Source of the DNA: Brevundimonas sp. | Lineage (GTDB): Bacteria; Pseudomonadota; Alphaproteobacteria; Caulobacterales; Caulobacteraceae | Assembly: GCF_029946145.1 (NCBI RefSeq) | Contig: NZ_JAQSDY010000012.1 | Coordinates: 178,806-242,805 of the forward strand | Length of the DNA stretch: 64,000 nucleotides | Reading direction: 5' to 3' | In this document: positions 8,809 through 17,928 of the stretch, piece after piece | Layout of the letters: each line of letters begins with the position of its first letter | How positions within the stretch are numbered: the first letter of the stretch is position 1 | The notes under the pieces: model-generated | What the model saw: the letters and a program-made list of their open reading frames with translations, nothing else | What the model was told of the DNA's origin: nothing | Database searches by the model: none | Made by a program: the position numbers and the translations under genes

Positions 8809-10253
8809 GGAACGCCGGCTCCCTGCCCAGCCACCGGCGCGCCGAAGCCTTTCCGCGTCATGGTTCCCCAGGACTGGCTGCGCCGGAGATATTGCCAGAC
8901 CCCGCGCAGCCGCCAGAGGTTGTTGAGCTGCCGGTAGCCGAAGTTTTCAAGGACCGCGACCAGGGTCAACAGCACAAGATCGCGGGCCCGCGGGAAGCGA
9001 CGCAGGCTGGATTCTTCCAGCGCCAGCGACCCGACAGAGATCACCACGCCAAAGGTGAAGGTCACGGCGGCGAAAGCCAGCAGATACTCGATCGACAGCA
9101 GGCCGGTCAGCCAGAACAGCGGGATCAGGAAATATCCCAGCAATTCGACAACAGGCCCCAGCACGTCGACGAGGAAGATATACCCGAACCCGACGACACC
9201 GACCCGCCCGTATTTCCGCTGGAACATCATGTCCCAGTGACGTTCGAAGGTCTCGAGCGAGCCACGATGCCAGCGGGCGCGCTGGCGACCCAGGACGCGG
9301 ACGTCCTCCGGCGCCTCGGTCCAGCATACCGGTTCGGGCACGAAGGCGACCCGATAGGGCAGGCCCTTGTCCCGCATCAGCCGGTGCAGTTTGACGACCA
9401 GCTCCATGTCCTCCCCGACCGTGCCCTGCGTGTAGCCCCCGGCCTCGATTACGCGGTTGCGCCGGAACAGGCCGAAGGCGCCCGATATGATGGTCAGGGT
9501 GTTGATACGGCTCCAGGCCAGGCGGGCCATCAGGAAGGCGCGCAGATATTCCACAGTCTGCAGAAGGGCCAGAAGGTTTCGCGGCGGCCGGATTTCCAGC
9601 ACGCGGCCGTGTTCGATGCGGCACCCGTTGGCGATGCGTACCGTGCCACCCACCGCCACCGTCCGTTCGGGGTCCTCCACGAAAGGTCTGACCGCTCGCA
9701 GCAATGCGTCTGGTTCGAGCAGGGAATCGGCATCCATGGAGCAGAAGATCGGCGCGCGCGAGATGTTGATGCCGGCATTGAGGGCGTCCGCCTTCCCGCC
9801 GTTCTCCTTGTCCACGATGATCAGTCGCGGCTGGTGTTTCGCGCCGTAGATCCCCCGGATCGGCTTGTGATCAATCGGCAGATCGTAATGGCGCTTGATG
9901 GGGCGGAGGCCAAAGCTGTCGATCAGGACCTGAAGGGTGTCGTCGCTGGATCCGTCATTGATGACGATCACCTCGAAGCTCGGGTACTGTAGTGACAGCA
10001 GCGAACGGACGCTTTCGGCGATCGTCAGGGCTTCATTGCAGGCGGGCGCCAGCAGGGCGATGGGCGGGGAGGCGTCGGCATATCGCCTCCACAGCAGGCC
10101 GCCCGACGGGGTCGGCGGAGTCTGGATCAGCGCCGCCGCCGCGAGACCTAATTGCACGAGATAGACGAGGTTCTGAAGCAGGCCGGTCACGATGACAAAG
10201 GTCGCGATGGACTGGGCGAATACCGTCAGCCAATGGGTGATCACCCCGCTCAT
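8805..10253 (-). CDS. Processive family-2 glycosyltransferase (PgaC/IcaA/cellulose-synthase-like)
   Basis: Start reassigned to ATG 10253 (ATGA overlap). N-terminal TM, INDGSSD, KENGGKADALNAG, DAD, TVGEDMEL, QRARW (QxxRW), C-terminal TMs. Confidence 0.92.
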   Translation of the reverse strand: MSGVITHWLTVFAQSIATFVIVTGLLQNLVYLVQLGLAAAALIQTPPTPSGGLLWRRYADASPPIALLAPACNEALTIAESVRSLLSLQYPSFEVIVINDGSSDDTLQVLIDSFGLRPIKRHYDLPIDHKPIRGIYGAKHQPRLIIVDKENGGKADALNAGINISRAPIFCSMDADSLLEPDALLRAVRPFVEDPERTVAVGGTVRIANGCRIEHGRVLEIRPPRNLLALLQTVEYLRAFLMARLAWSRINTLTIISGAFGLFRRNRVIEAGGYTQGTVGEDMELVVKLHRLMRDKGLPYRVAFVPEPVCWTEAPEDVRVLGRQRARWHRGSLETFERHWDMMFQRKYGRVGVVGFGYIFLVDVLGPVVELLGYFLIPLFWLTGLLSIEYLLAFAAVTFTFGVVISVGSLALEESSLRRFPRARDLVLLTLVAVLENFGYRQLNNLWRLRGVWQYLRRSQSWGTMTRKGFGAPVAGQGAGVP

Positions 10254-11311
10254 GCGGCCGTCATCGCCAGACCGCGTTCCGCCAGCGCCAGGGACGCTGC
10301 CCTGCGCGGCCGGTCGCCGGGCCCGGTCGCCGCCGCTTGCAGGCCCCGCACTCCGGTCGGCCCCAGGGCGGACAACGCCTCCCCGGCGCGGAACCGGACC
10401 CACCAGACGGGATCGGAGAGTTGAGTGATGAGCAGGGGCACGGCCGTCCTGAGCCCGATCCGTCCGGCTGCTTCGCAGGCGGCCGACCGCACCATCCAGA
10501 CGGGATCCTCCAGCGCCGCGAGAATTCGCCCCTCGGCGGCCGGATGGCCCATGGCGGCGAGACCTCGCACGGAGGCGATTCTCAGTTCGAAGTCGGGTGC
10601 GCCGGTCGTGATGCATAGGGGCCGAAGGGCGCGAAAGTCCCCGCTGGCCCCGAGCGCCTCGGCGAGGATCACCCGCGCTCGTGGTGGTGTGTCCGGGTCG
10701 CCGAAGGCGCGCAGAGCCGCCCTTGTATCGCCGTTCACAAGCCGCCCCATCAGGGGAAGGTAGAGCAGGGACTCCGGGCCCCGACTGCGATGGACATCCT
10801 GCAGGACCTGCGCCAGCGGAGGCGCGGCGTCGAGTTCAATCAGCGACCGCATGAGCGCCACCCGCAGGTTGCCGTTGCGCGTCTGATCAAGGGCGGCGCG
10901 CAAAGCCCTCACCGTTTCCGGCCCCGGGAAGATCGACAGGGCCTCCGCGGCCACCATGCGGCCTGCGATCCGCCCCTTGAACAGTCGTCGTCGCAATCGG
11001 TCGTCCAGCTGTATCGACCGAAGCGCGGTTATCAGCCGTTCCCGCTCCACGCCCCGCACCATGGCCAGCAATTCCAGAAGGCTCTCGCCCATCAGCCGCG
11101 CGCGATGATCCACGCCCCGCAACCGCCCCAACGCGTCTCCCGAACCATTCATGACATCAAGAAAGGCGTCGCAGGCCCTGTTCCGATCGCGCGCCCGCCG
11201 GGCATCCTTCTGCTCACGGAAAAGCCGGCCGATGACGAGGGCGGATATCCACGCGAGCGAGCCCGCGGCCAGCGAGATCGACGTCCACCACAGGAGCAGC
11301 AGGCCGCTCAT
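10250..11311 (-). CDS. Membrane-anchored HEAT-repeat protein
   Basis: N-terminal TM; repeats such as ELRIASVRGLAAMG, WMVRSAACEAAGRIG and WWVRFRAGEALSALG. Confidence 0.85.
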   Translation of the reverse strand: MSGLLLLWWTSISLAAGSLAWISALVIGRLFREQKDARRARDRNRACDAFLDVMNGSGDALGRLRGVDHRARLMGESLLELLAMVRGVERERLITALRSIQLDDRLRRRLFKGRIAGRMVAAEALSIFPGPETVRALRAALDQTRNGNLRVALMRSLIELDAAPPLAQVLQDVHRSRGPESLLYLPLMGRLVNGDTRAALRAFGDPDTPPRARVILAEALGASGDFRALRPLCITTGAPDFELRIASVRGLAAMGHPAAEGRILAALEDPVWMVRSAACEAAGRIGLRTAVPLLITQLSDPVWWVRFRAGEALSALGPTGVRGLQAAATGPGDRPRRAASLALAERGLAMTAA

Positions 11312-12375
11312 CAGAAACGAAGGCCGAGGCCGACAGAGGCTTCCTGGCGCTCATAGGCCCCGCGATCCTCGAATACGGCTCCGACGCGCAGCGTCAGCCG
11401 GTCGGTCAGACCAATATCGGCGCCGACGTTCCAGGCCGCCACCTGAACGGTGAATCCTTCCGAGCTTTCCGGCGCGTCTGCGTAGCCCAGCCGCAGGCCG
11501 ACCCGTTCGGACGCCTGCCAGCGCGATTGAAGGGCATAGCCGTGACGGAGATCGTCAGTCTCGTCGCGGACGACGATCCATCGGGCCGCCAGTTGCAGCC
11601 GGTCGGGCACGATCTCGACGAGAACCCCGGGCTGGATCGCGGTTACGGCGCCGGTCGGATATCGAGCCGCCGACGCGTCCAGCGTCGCCGACAGTCGATC
11701 CGTCAGGCGCGCCTGACCGCCCAGGCCCAGAACCAGCTCCGGCCGGTAGTCCGCGTCCGGCGCGCCGCCCAGGGCGAAGTAGACGGCGCCGCCATCCAAC
11801 CGCCGGTCAAGACGGAGCTCGCCATAGGTGTCGCGGTTGTCAAACCGTTCGGTCGCCTCGAGCGCAAGCGCGACGTTCCAGCGGTCTCCCAGGGCTCTCG
11901 ACACTGCAATGCGCGCCTCGGCCCAGTCCGGGAGTCCGCCTGACAACGCGCTGCGCGAGGCGGCGATGTCCAGGCGCCATCGAGGTCCCAGCTCGAGCGA
12001 TCGAACCAGCGCCGCCACCTCCGTGTCCGTGGGAGCCAGCCGCGAGGCCTCCGCCGATTCCCGGCGCGCGGTCGCCAGGTCGCCACGCCGCTGGGCGACC
12101 CGGGCCAGACCAACCCGGGCGTCCACATAGTCCGGCGCCCGCGAGATCACGTCGGCGAAGGCGGCCTCGGCTTCGTCGAGTCGGTCCAGCGCCATCAGGG
12201 CCAGGCCAAGGTTGAGCCTTGCGTCGACATCGTCCGGGCGAGCTGCCAGCACGAGCTGCAATTTCGCCACGGCGTCGGCCGCCCGGCCCGCCCGGCGGTC
12301 CGCTACGGCTGCGCGGTAGAGCGTCTGGGAATCGGCTTGTGCGAGAGCCTGGGCCTCAGGCGCGATCACGATCAT
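11311..12375 (-). CDS. TPR + YaiO-family outer-membrane beta-barrel protein
   Basis: GGAGG SD; TPR helices (PDDVDARLNLGLAL, PDYVDARVGLARV) followed by amphipathic beta strands; C-terminal GLGLRF beta-signal. Confidence 0.8.
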   Translation of the reverse strand: MIVIAPEAQALAQADSQTLYRAAVADRRAGRAADAVAKLQLVLAARPDDVDARLNLGLALMALDRLDEAEAAFADVISRAPDYVDARVGLARVAQRRGDLATARRESAEASRLAPTDTEVAALVRSLELGPRWRLDIAASRSALSGGLPDWAEARIAVSRALGDRWNVALALEATERFDNRDTYGELRLDRRLDGGAVYFALGGAPDADYRPELVLGLGGQARLTDRLSATLDASAARYPTGAVTAIQPGVLVEIVPDRLQLAARWIVVRDETDDLRHGYALQSRWQASERVGLRLGYADAPESSEGFTVQVAAWNVGADIGLTDRLTLRVGAVFEDRGAYERQEASVGLGLRF

Positions 12376-12769
12376 TCCGGTCCTCCTGTGGCGGGGAGGA
12401 TGCCGGAAGCAGAAGCCGCCGCACGCGCTGGCTCAGCTCGTCGGGGATGAAAGGCTTGACCAGATAGTCCGCGGCGCCGAGTTGCAGCGCTCCCACGATA
12501 TCCTGTTCACGCTTCAGCGCCGTAAGCATGATGACCGGCGCACTGGACAGGTTGCCGCTTTTCAGGCGGCGCAGGACCTCGAAGCCGTCCATGATCGGCA
12601 TCAGGGCGTCGAGGACAATGAGGTCGGGGTTCTGCTCGGCGATCGCGACGAGCGCCTGGGCGCCATCTTCGGCGACCAGAACATGGTGGCCGTCAGCCGA
12701 AAGCTTGTGGACCAGCAAGGACCGCAACAGTGGATCGTCGTCGGCGATCAGGATGCGGCTGGTAGTCAT
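12356..12769 (-). CDS. Single-domain response regulator (receiver only)
   Basis: ILIADDD, IVLDALMP, IMLTA, YLVKPF; no output domain. Confidence 0.93.
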   Translation of the reverse strand: MTTSRILIADDDPLLRSLLVHKLSADGHHVLVAEDGAQALVAIAEQNPDLIVLDALMPIMDGFEVLRRLKSGNLSSAPVIMLTALKREQDIVGALQLGAADYLVKPFIPDELSQRVRRLLLPASSPPQEDRNDRDRA

Positions 12770-12992
12770 GGAAGGTCAGAACTCCGACGTCTGCGCCCCC
12801 ATCCGCAGGATGCTCCCGCGGAGTGAATCAAACGCTACCGACCAAGGGGGCGCACGACGTGACAGCGGCATCTGAACGACCCTGCGTTCGGCGGGTTCCT
12901 GTTGGTCCAATGTCATGGGCATGGGGGCGTTGCCCGGCGCGTGGCGGTGCGGGCAGTCCAGCGCGGCCGTGACAGGCGCCCTGTCAATGAAT

Positions 12993-14255
12993 TCAGGGGC
13001 GAACCGCCCCCTGCGCGCGGACCAGGTACTTGTAGGTGGTCAGCTGGGCCGCGCCGACGGGACCCCGGGCGTGCAGGCGCCCGGTGGCGATCCCGATCTC
13101 GCCGCCGAACCCGAACTGGCCGCCATCCGCGAACTGGGTGGAGGCGTTATGCATGACGATGGCGCTGTCGACGCGGTCCAGGAATTCGGCGGCGGCGGCC
13201 GGATCCTCCGTCACGATGGCGTCGGTGTGACCCGAGCCGTGCCGGGCGATATGCGCCAGGGCCTCGGCCATTCCGTCCACCACCCGGATGGCCAGGATCG
13301 GCGCCAGATGTTCAGTGGTCCAGTCGGCTTCGACGGCGGGCGTCGCCTCCGGCAAGATCGCACACGTCCGGGCGTCGCCGCGCAGGACGCAGCCGGCCGC
13401 CAGCAGGTCGTCGGCCACGGGCCGCAAGAGCGCATCCGCCACCGAGGCGTCGACCAGCAGGGTCTCGGTCGCGCCGCAGACCGTGACCCGCCGCATCTTG
13501 GCGTTCAAAACGATCCTGCGAGCCTTTTCCGGATCGGCGGCGGTGTGAAGGTAGGTGTGGCAAAGGCCCTCCAGATGTCCAAGCACGGGAGCCCGGGCCT
13601 CACTCTGGACCCGCTGCACCAGGCTGCGTCCACCGCGCGGGACGATGAGGTCGATGGCGCCGTTCAGGCCGGTCAGGAGGGCGCCCACCGCAGCACGGTC
13701 GGGGGTGCTGACCAACTGGACCAGGTCGCCCGGCAGTCCTGCCTTGGTCAGTCCCTCCACGAGGGCGGCGTGGATAGCGATGGCGCTGGCCAGCGCGGCT
13801 GAGCCGGACCGGAGGATCAGGGCGTTGCCGGAGCGCACGCACAGGGCCGCGGCGTCGACGGTGACATTCGGCCGGCTCTCGTAGATGACCGCCAGCACGC
13901 CGATCGGCACCCGGACACGGGCGATGTCGAGACCGCTGGGCGGCGTCCAGCGCTCGTCCTCGACACCCACGGGATCGGTTTGGCCGGCGATCTCCCGAAG
14001 GCCGTCGGCCATCCCCGCGACGCGGTCTCGGGTCAGCGCCAGTCGATCGAGCATGGCGTCGGCCATGTCCCCCTGACGCGCACGGGCCACATCGTCCTCA
14101 TTGGCCGCGAGGATTTCGTCGGCGCCACGCTCCAGGGCGTCCGCCATGGCGTGGAGGGCGGCGGTGCGGGCAGCCGCAGGTGTCATGCGCACAGACTCGA
14201 AGGCGGCGCGGGCGCGGTCGCCCATCGCCTGCATCGCGCCCTCGATCATTGTCAT
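12993..14255 (-). CDS. proA: Glutamate-5-semialdehyde dehydrogenase
   Basis: [69 protein letters not shown]. Start ATG 14255 overlaps the proB stop. Confidence 0.96.
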   Translation of the reverse strand: MTMIEGAMQAMGDRARAAFESVRMTPAAARTAALHAMADALERGADEILAANEDDVARARQGDMADAMLDRLALTRDRVAGMADGLREIAGQTDPVGVEDERWTPPSGLDIARVRVPIGVLAVIYESRPNVTVDAAALCVRSGNALILRSGSAALASAIAIHAALVEGLTKAGLPGDLVQLVSTPDRAAVGALLTGLNGAIDLIVPRGGRSLVQRVQSEARAPVLGHLEGLCHTYLHTAADPEKARRIVLNAKMRRVTVCGATETLLVDASVADALLRPVADDLLAAGCVLRGDARTCAILPEATPAVEADWTTEHLAPILAIRVVDGMAEALAHIARHGSGHTDAIVTEDPAAAAEFLDRVDSAIVMHNASTQFADGGQFGFGGEIGIATGRLHARGPVGAAQLTTYKYLVRAQGAVRP

Positions 14256-15415
14256 GACGTCAGCACCAGATCGTCGCGATGGATCGCAACGCCGGGACCC
14301 TTCCAGCCGAGCAGGGCCTCGAAATCGCGGCTGTTGCGGCCCTGGATCCGTCGACAATCACCGGCGGCGTAGGCGGCCAGGCCCATGCCGAGCGGTCCCG
14401 ACGGTCCGACTACCCGAACGCAGTCGCCGGAGTCGAAGTCACCCCGCACCTCGGAAACGCCCGAGGCCAGCAGGCTTTTGCCCCGGGCCAGCGCGACGGC
14501 GGCGCCGTCGTCAACAACCAGGACGCCGGCAGGCTCGAGGCTCCCGGCGATCCACTGCTTGTACGCGGTCATCGGTGTGCCGGGGGCGGCGATCAGGGTG
14601 GCCCTGGCGCCTCGTTCGAGGGCCGACAGTGGCGCACGGGCGGCGCCGGACAGGATCAGGGTCGAACAGCCGGCCGAACGGGCGATGCGGGCCGCCATCA
14701 GCTTTGTGACCATGCCGCCGGATCCGACGCCTGTCTGACTATTCGGGCCCTCTGCCGCCGCGAGGGCTTCGGGGGTCAGGTCAGCCAGAAACGGGATGTG
14801 GATCGCGCCCGGGTCGCGGCGTGGATCCGCAGTGTAGAGGCCGTCGACGTCCGACAGGAGCACCAGCAGGTCGGCTCTGGCGAGTTGCGCGGTGCGGGCG
14901 GCGAGCCTGTCGTTGTCGCCGTAGCGGATTTCCTCGGTGGCCACGGTGTCGTTTTCGTTGACCACGGGCACGACGGCGAGGGTCAGAAGCGCTTCGAGAG
15001 TGGCGCGGGCGTTCAGCCAGCGCCGCCGACGCTCGGTGTCTTCCCGGGTCAAGAGCACCTGGCCGGCGACGAGGTCGTGAGCCGTCAGCGCGGCGGACCA
15101 GGCCTGCATCAATATCGATTGCCCGACGGCGGCGGCGGCCTGCTTCTCGTCCAGTCGGGCGTCGGCGGAGAGGCCGAGACGTCGGCGCCCCAGGGCCACG
15201 GCGCCGGATGAGACGACGATGATCGCCTTGCCCGCCGTCCGGAGCCGGGCGACGTCTCCGGCCATGGCGTCAAGCCAGGCTTTATCAACATCGCCGCTGG
15301 CGGAATCGACGAGCAGCGACGACCCGATCTTCACCACCACCCGGCGCGCGGCGTCCAGGACCTGGCCCGCGTTCTGAACGCCGACTTCCGGCATGGATGT
15401 GGTGCTGGGGAGCAT
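14252..15415 (-). CDS. proB: Glutamate 5-kinase (with C-terminal PUA domain); start could be the second Met
   Basis: [46 protein letters not shown]. Confidence 0.96.
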   Translation of the reverse strand: MLPSTTSMPEVGVQNAGQVLDAARRVVVKIGSSLLVDSASGDVDKAWLDAMAGDVARLRTAGKAIIVVSSGAVALGRRRLGLSADARLDEKQAAAAVGQSILMQAWSAALTAHDLVAGQVLLTREDTERRRRWLNARATLEALLTLAVVPVVNENDTVATEEIRYGDNDRLAARTAQLARADLLVLLSDVDGLYTADPRRDPGAIHIPFLADLTPEALAAAEGPNSQTGVGSGGMVTKLMAARIARSAGCSTLILSGAARAPLSALERGARATLIAAPGTPMTAYKQWIAGSLEPAGVLVVDDGAAVALARGKSLLASGVSEVRGDFDSGDCVRVVGPSGPLGMGLAAYAAGDCRRIQGRNSRDFEALLGWKGPGVAIHRDDLVLTS

Positions 15416-15582
15416 GTCGCCAGCATGGCGGTCCCACCGGGCGATGCCAAGGCGTGCTGCGGGCTGTCAGGATGATTCTGCGATTGCCGCCGGCTGATGC
15501 TTTCACGCCGCCAGTAGCTGTTGCATCGTTCCGGGGGAGGCGATCAAATGTCGACGGCCGCGCACGGCCGGATGGAACGCTG

Positions 15583-16977
15583 ATGGCCGCCTCGCCCTTC
15601 CCCGCCTACGTCAGTACGCGCGGGTCCTCGCCGGATGTGGATTTCGTCGGCGCGCTACTGGCGGGAGTGGCCCCGGATGGTGGTCTGTATGTCCCGACGT
15701 TCTGGCCGCAGCTGACGGAGACGGCGGCCGCCGCCACGGGGACCGCTGATCTCGCCGCCGCGATCCTGGCTCCATTTGTCGGCGACTCCTTGCCGGCCGG
15801 GACGTTGGACCGCGCGGCGGCGCGGCTGACGGACCAGTTCAGCCACCCGGATACGACGCCGCTGGTGGAGCTGGAGTCCGGCCTCTTCGTGCTTGAGCTG
15901 TTCCATGGCCCCACGGCGGCCTTCAAGGACTATGCCATGCAGATGGTCGCCGTGCTGGCGGAGGCCGCACTCGGGGCGAGGGGCGAACGACTGTTGTTGG
16001 TGACCGCAACCAGCGGCGATACGGGCGCGGCGGCGGTGCGGGCTTTCGGCGGCGTGGACCGGATCGACCTCGTGGTGCTGCACCCCCTGGGGCGGGTGTC
16101 GCCGGTGCAGCGGCTGCAGATGACGACCTCCGGCGCCGCCAATGTGCTGAACCTGGCGGTGCGGGGCGACTTTGACGACTGCCAGCGGCTGGTGAAGGGA
16201 CTTCTGGCCCATCGCGCCCTGACGGCCGGGCGGCGTGTGAGCTCGGTGAACTCGATCAACTGGGCGCGCCTGGCCGGGCAGATCCCGTACTACGTCAGCG
16301 CGGCGCAGGCGTTGGGGCGCTCGGCGGGCAAGGCGACCTATGTCGTCCCGACGGGCAATTTCGGAGACGCCTTCGCGGGCTGGGCGGCGCGGCGGATGGG
16401 CCTGCCAATGGGCGGACTGGTGGCGGCCACGAACCGGAACGACGCCCTGGTGCGGGCGCTGGAGACCGGCGTCTACGAACGCATCCAGGCCGAGCCGACG
16501 GCGAGCGTCAGCATGGATGTGCAGGCGCCGTCCAATTTCGAGCGGCTGGTGTTCGAGGCCTCGGGTCGGGACAGCGCCCTCACGCGCGGTCTATTCGAGG
16601 ATTTCTCCCGCCACGGACGGGTGACCCTGCCCTCCGAGCTCCTGGCGGCGCTGCGGCGCGAGGTCTCGGCGGTTTCGGTCAGCGAGGCGGAAACCCGTCA
16701 TGAGATGGCGCGGACCCATGCGGAAACGGGACGCGTGATCTGTCCACACACGGCTGTGGCTCTCCACGCCGCGCGGCGGCTGGACCGGTCAGCGGGTCCC
16801 GTGGTCGCGCTGTCGACGGCCCACCCCGCCAAATTCCCGGAGGCGGTCGAGGCGGCCCTGGGTTTCGCCCCGGAACGCCCGCCTCAGCTGGAGGGGCTGG
16901 AAGGCCGGACCGAAGTGTTCGACACGATCGACCCGTCCCTCGACGCTGTTCTGGCCGCGATCGGCCGCGTCGACTGA
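15583..16977 (+). CDS. thrC: Threonine synthase
   Basis: YVSTRG, GVAPDGGLYVP, LELFHGPTAAFKD (PLP Lys), ATSGDTG, SVNSINWARL, VPTGNFGD, STAHPAKF. Confidence 0.96.
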   Translation: MAASPFPAYVSTRGSSPDVDFVGALLAGVAPDGGLYVPTFWPQLTETAAAATGTADLAAAILAPFVGDSLPAGTLDRAAARLTDQFSHPDTTPLVELESGLFVLELFHGPTAAFKDYAMQMVAVLAEAALGARGERLLLVTATSGDTGAAAVRAFGGVDRIDLVVLHPLGRVSPVQRLQMTTSGAANVLNLAVRGDFDDCQRLVKGLLAHRALTAGRRVSSVNSINWARLAGQIPYYVSAAQALGRSAGKATYVVPTGNFGDAFAGWAARRMGLPMGGLVAATNRNDALVRALETGVYERIQAEPTASVSMDVQAPSNFERLVFEASGRDSALTRGLFEDFSRHGRVTLPSELLAALRREVSAVSVSEAETRHEMARTHAETGRVICPHTAVALHAARRLDRSAGPVVALSTAHPAKFPEAVEAALGFAPERPPQLEGLEGRTEVFDTIDPSLDAVLAAIGRVD

Positions 16978-16979
16978 GG

Positions 16980-17927
16980 TCAGGCCGCCAGGCTCAACTC
17001 CGTCCACCAGTCCAGCCGTCGCAGGAACGGGGCGGGGTCCTTGGGCGTCACCAGGGCCCGGGTGTCGTGGAAAAGCCGGTCGTGCAGACGGGTGAGGATG
17101 AAGCGGACGGCGGCGACGGCGCCGAGGCCGGGCAGGGCCGCTTGCTCGGCGGCGGTGAGTGGGCGGATGGACTCATATCCAGTCTGGAACGCCTGGATGG
17201 CCGCCGGCAGCGGGGCGCCGTTCTCGTCGAAACCCCAGGCGGAGAGGGCGATGGCGAGATCGTAGGCCAGAGAGTCGACACAGGCGAAATAGAAGTCGAT
17301 CAGTCCGCTGACCGAGCCGCCTTCGAACAGGATGTTGTCGGGGAAATAGTCGGCGTGGATGGGCCCGCGCGGCAGGCCGGGGGCGGGATCGGGCGCGCCT
17401 TCGCCGACCCAGGGCGCGACCCGCTCGAGCAGACTTCGGTCAGAGCCCGTCGCGCGGCCGCTGCAGCGATCGAACAGCGCCCGCTGGCCCGCCAGTCCGA
17501 CGGGGTTGTCGCGGTGCGCGGGATAATCGGCGGCGGCGAGATGAAGGCGCGCGAGCATCACCCCGGCGGCTGTCTGGTCCGCCAGGGTCGGCCTGGCCGT
17601 GGACGCGCCAGGCAACCAGTTGAGGATGGCGGCCGGCCGGTCGTTCAGGCGGCCGATCGCGCGCCCGTCTTCATCGGTCAGGGCCCGGGCGCAAGGCAGG
17701 CCGCGCTCCGCCGCGTGCCGGGTCAGGCCGAGGCAGAAGGGCAGGGCGGCCGCGTCGGTGCGGCCCTCGAACAGGGTCAGGACGAATGACCCCTGATCGA
17801 CGTCGAGCCGGTAGTTGGTGTTCTCCACCCCTTCGGCGATGGGCGTCAGCGCGCGCAGCGGCCCAAGACCGAAGCGGCTAATGAAGGGCTCGGCGTCGGC
17901 TTCGTCCACGGGGGTGAAGACGGCCAT
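16980..17927 (-). CDS. thrB: Homoserine kinase, type II (APH-like)
   Basis: MAVFT, IAEGVENTNY, FVLTLFE, IHADYFPDN, IDFYFAC, KDP. Confidence 0.93.
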   Translation of the reverse strand: MAVFTPVDEADAEPFISRFGLGPLRALTPIAEGVENTNYRLDVDQGSFVLTLFEGRTDAAALPFCLGLTRHAAERGLPCARALTDEDGRAIGRLNDRPAAILNWLPGASTARPTLADQTAAGVMLARLHLAAADYPAHRDNPVGLAGQRALFDRCSGRATGSDRSLLERVAPWVGEGAPDPAPGLPRGPIHADYFPDNILFEGGSVSGLIDFYFACVDSLAYDLAIALSAWGFDENGAPLPAAIQAFQTGYESIRPLTAAEQAALPGLGAVAAVRFILTRLHDRLFHDTRALVTPKDPAPFLRRLDWWTELSLAA

Positions 17928-17928
17928 G

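Noticed and set aside
8805-10616. Over-long N-termini in the ORF track (GT2, permease 1853, proA 14357, thrC 15397, leuB 21510, leuA 25439, ilvD 30239, MocR 32464, TBDR 35589, FAD oxidase 47961, RraA 60899)
   Set aside because: The extensions overlap upstream genes or leaders and are low-complexity; internal starts with SD or stop/start overlaps fit better.
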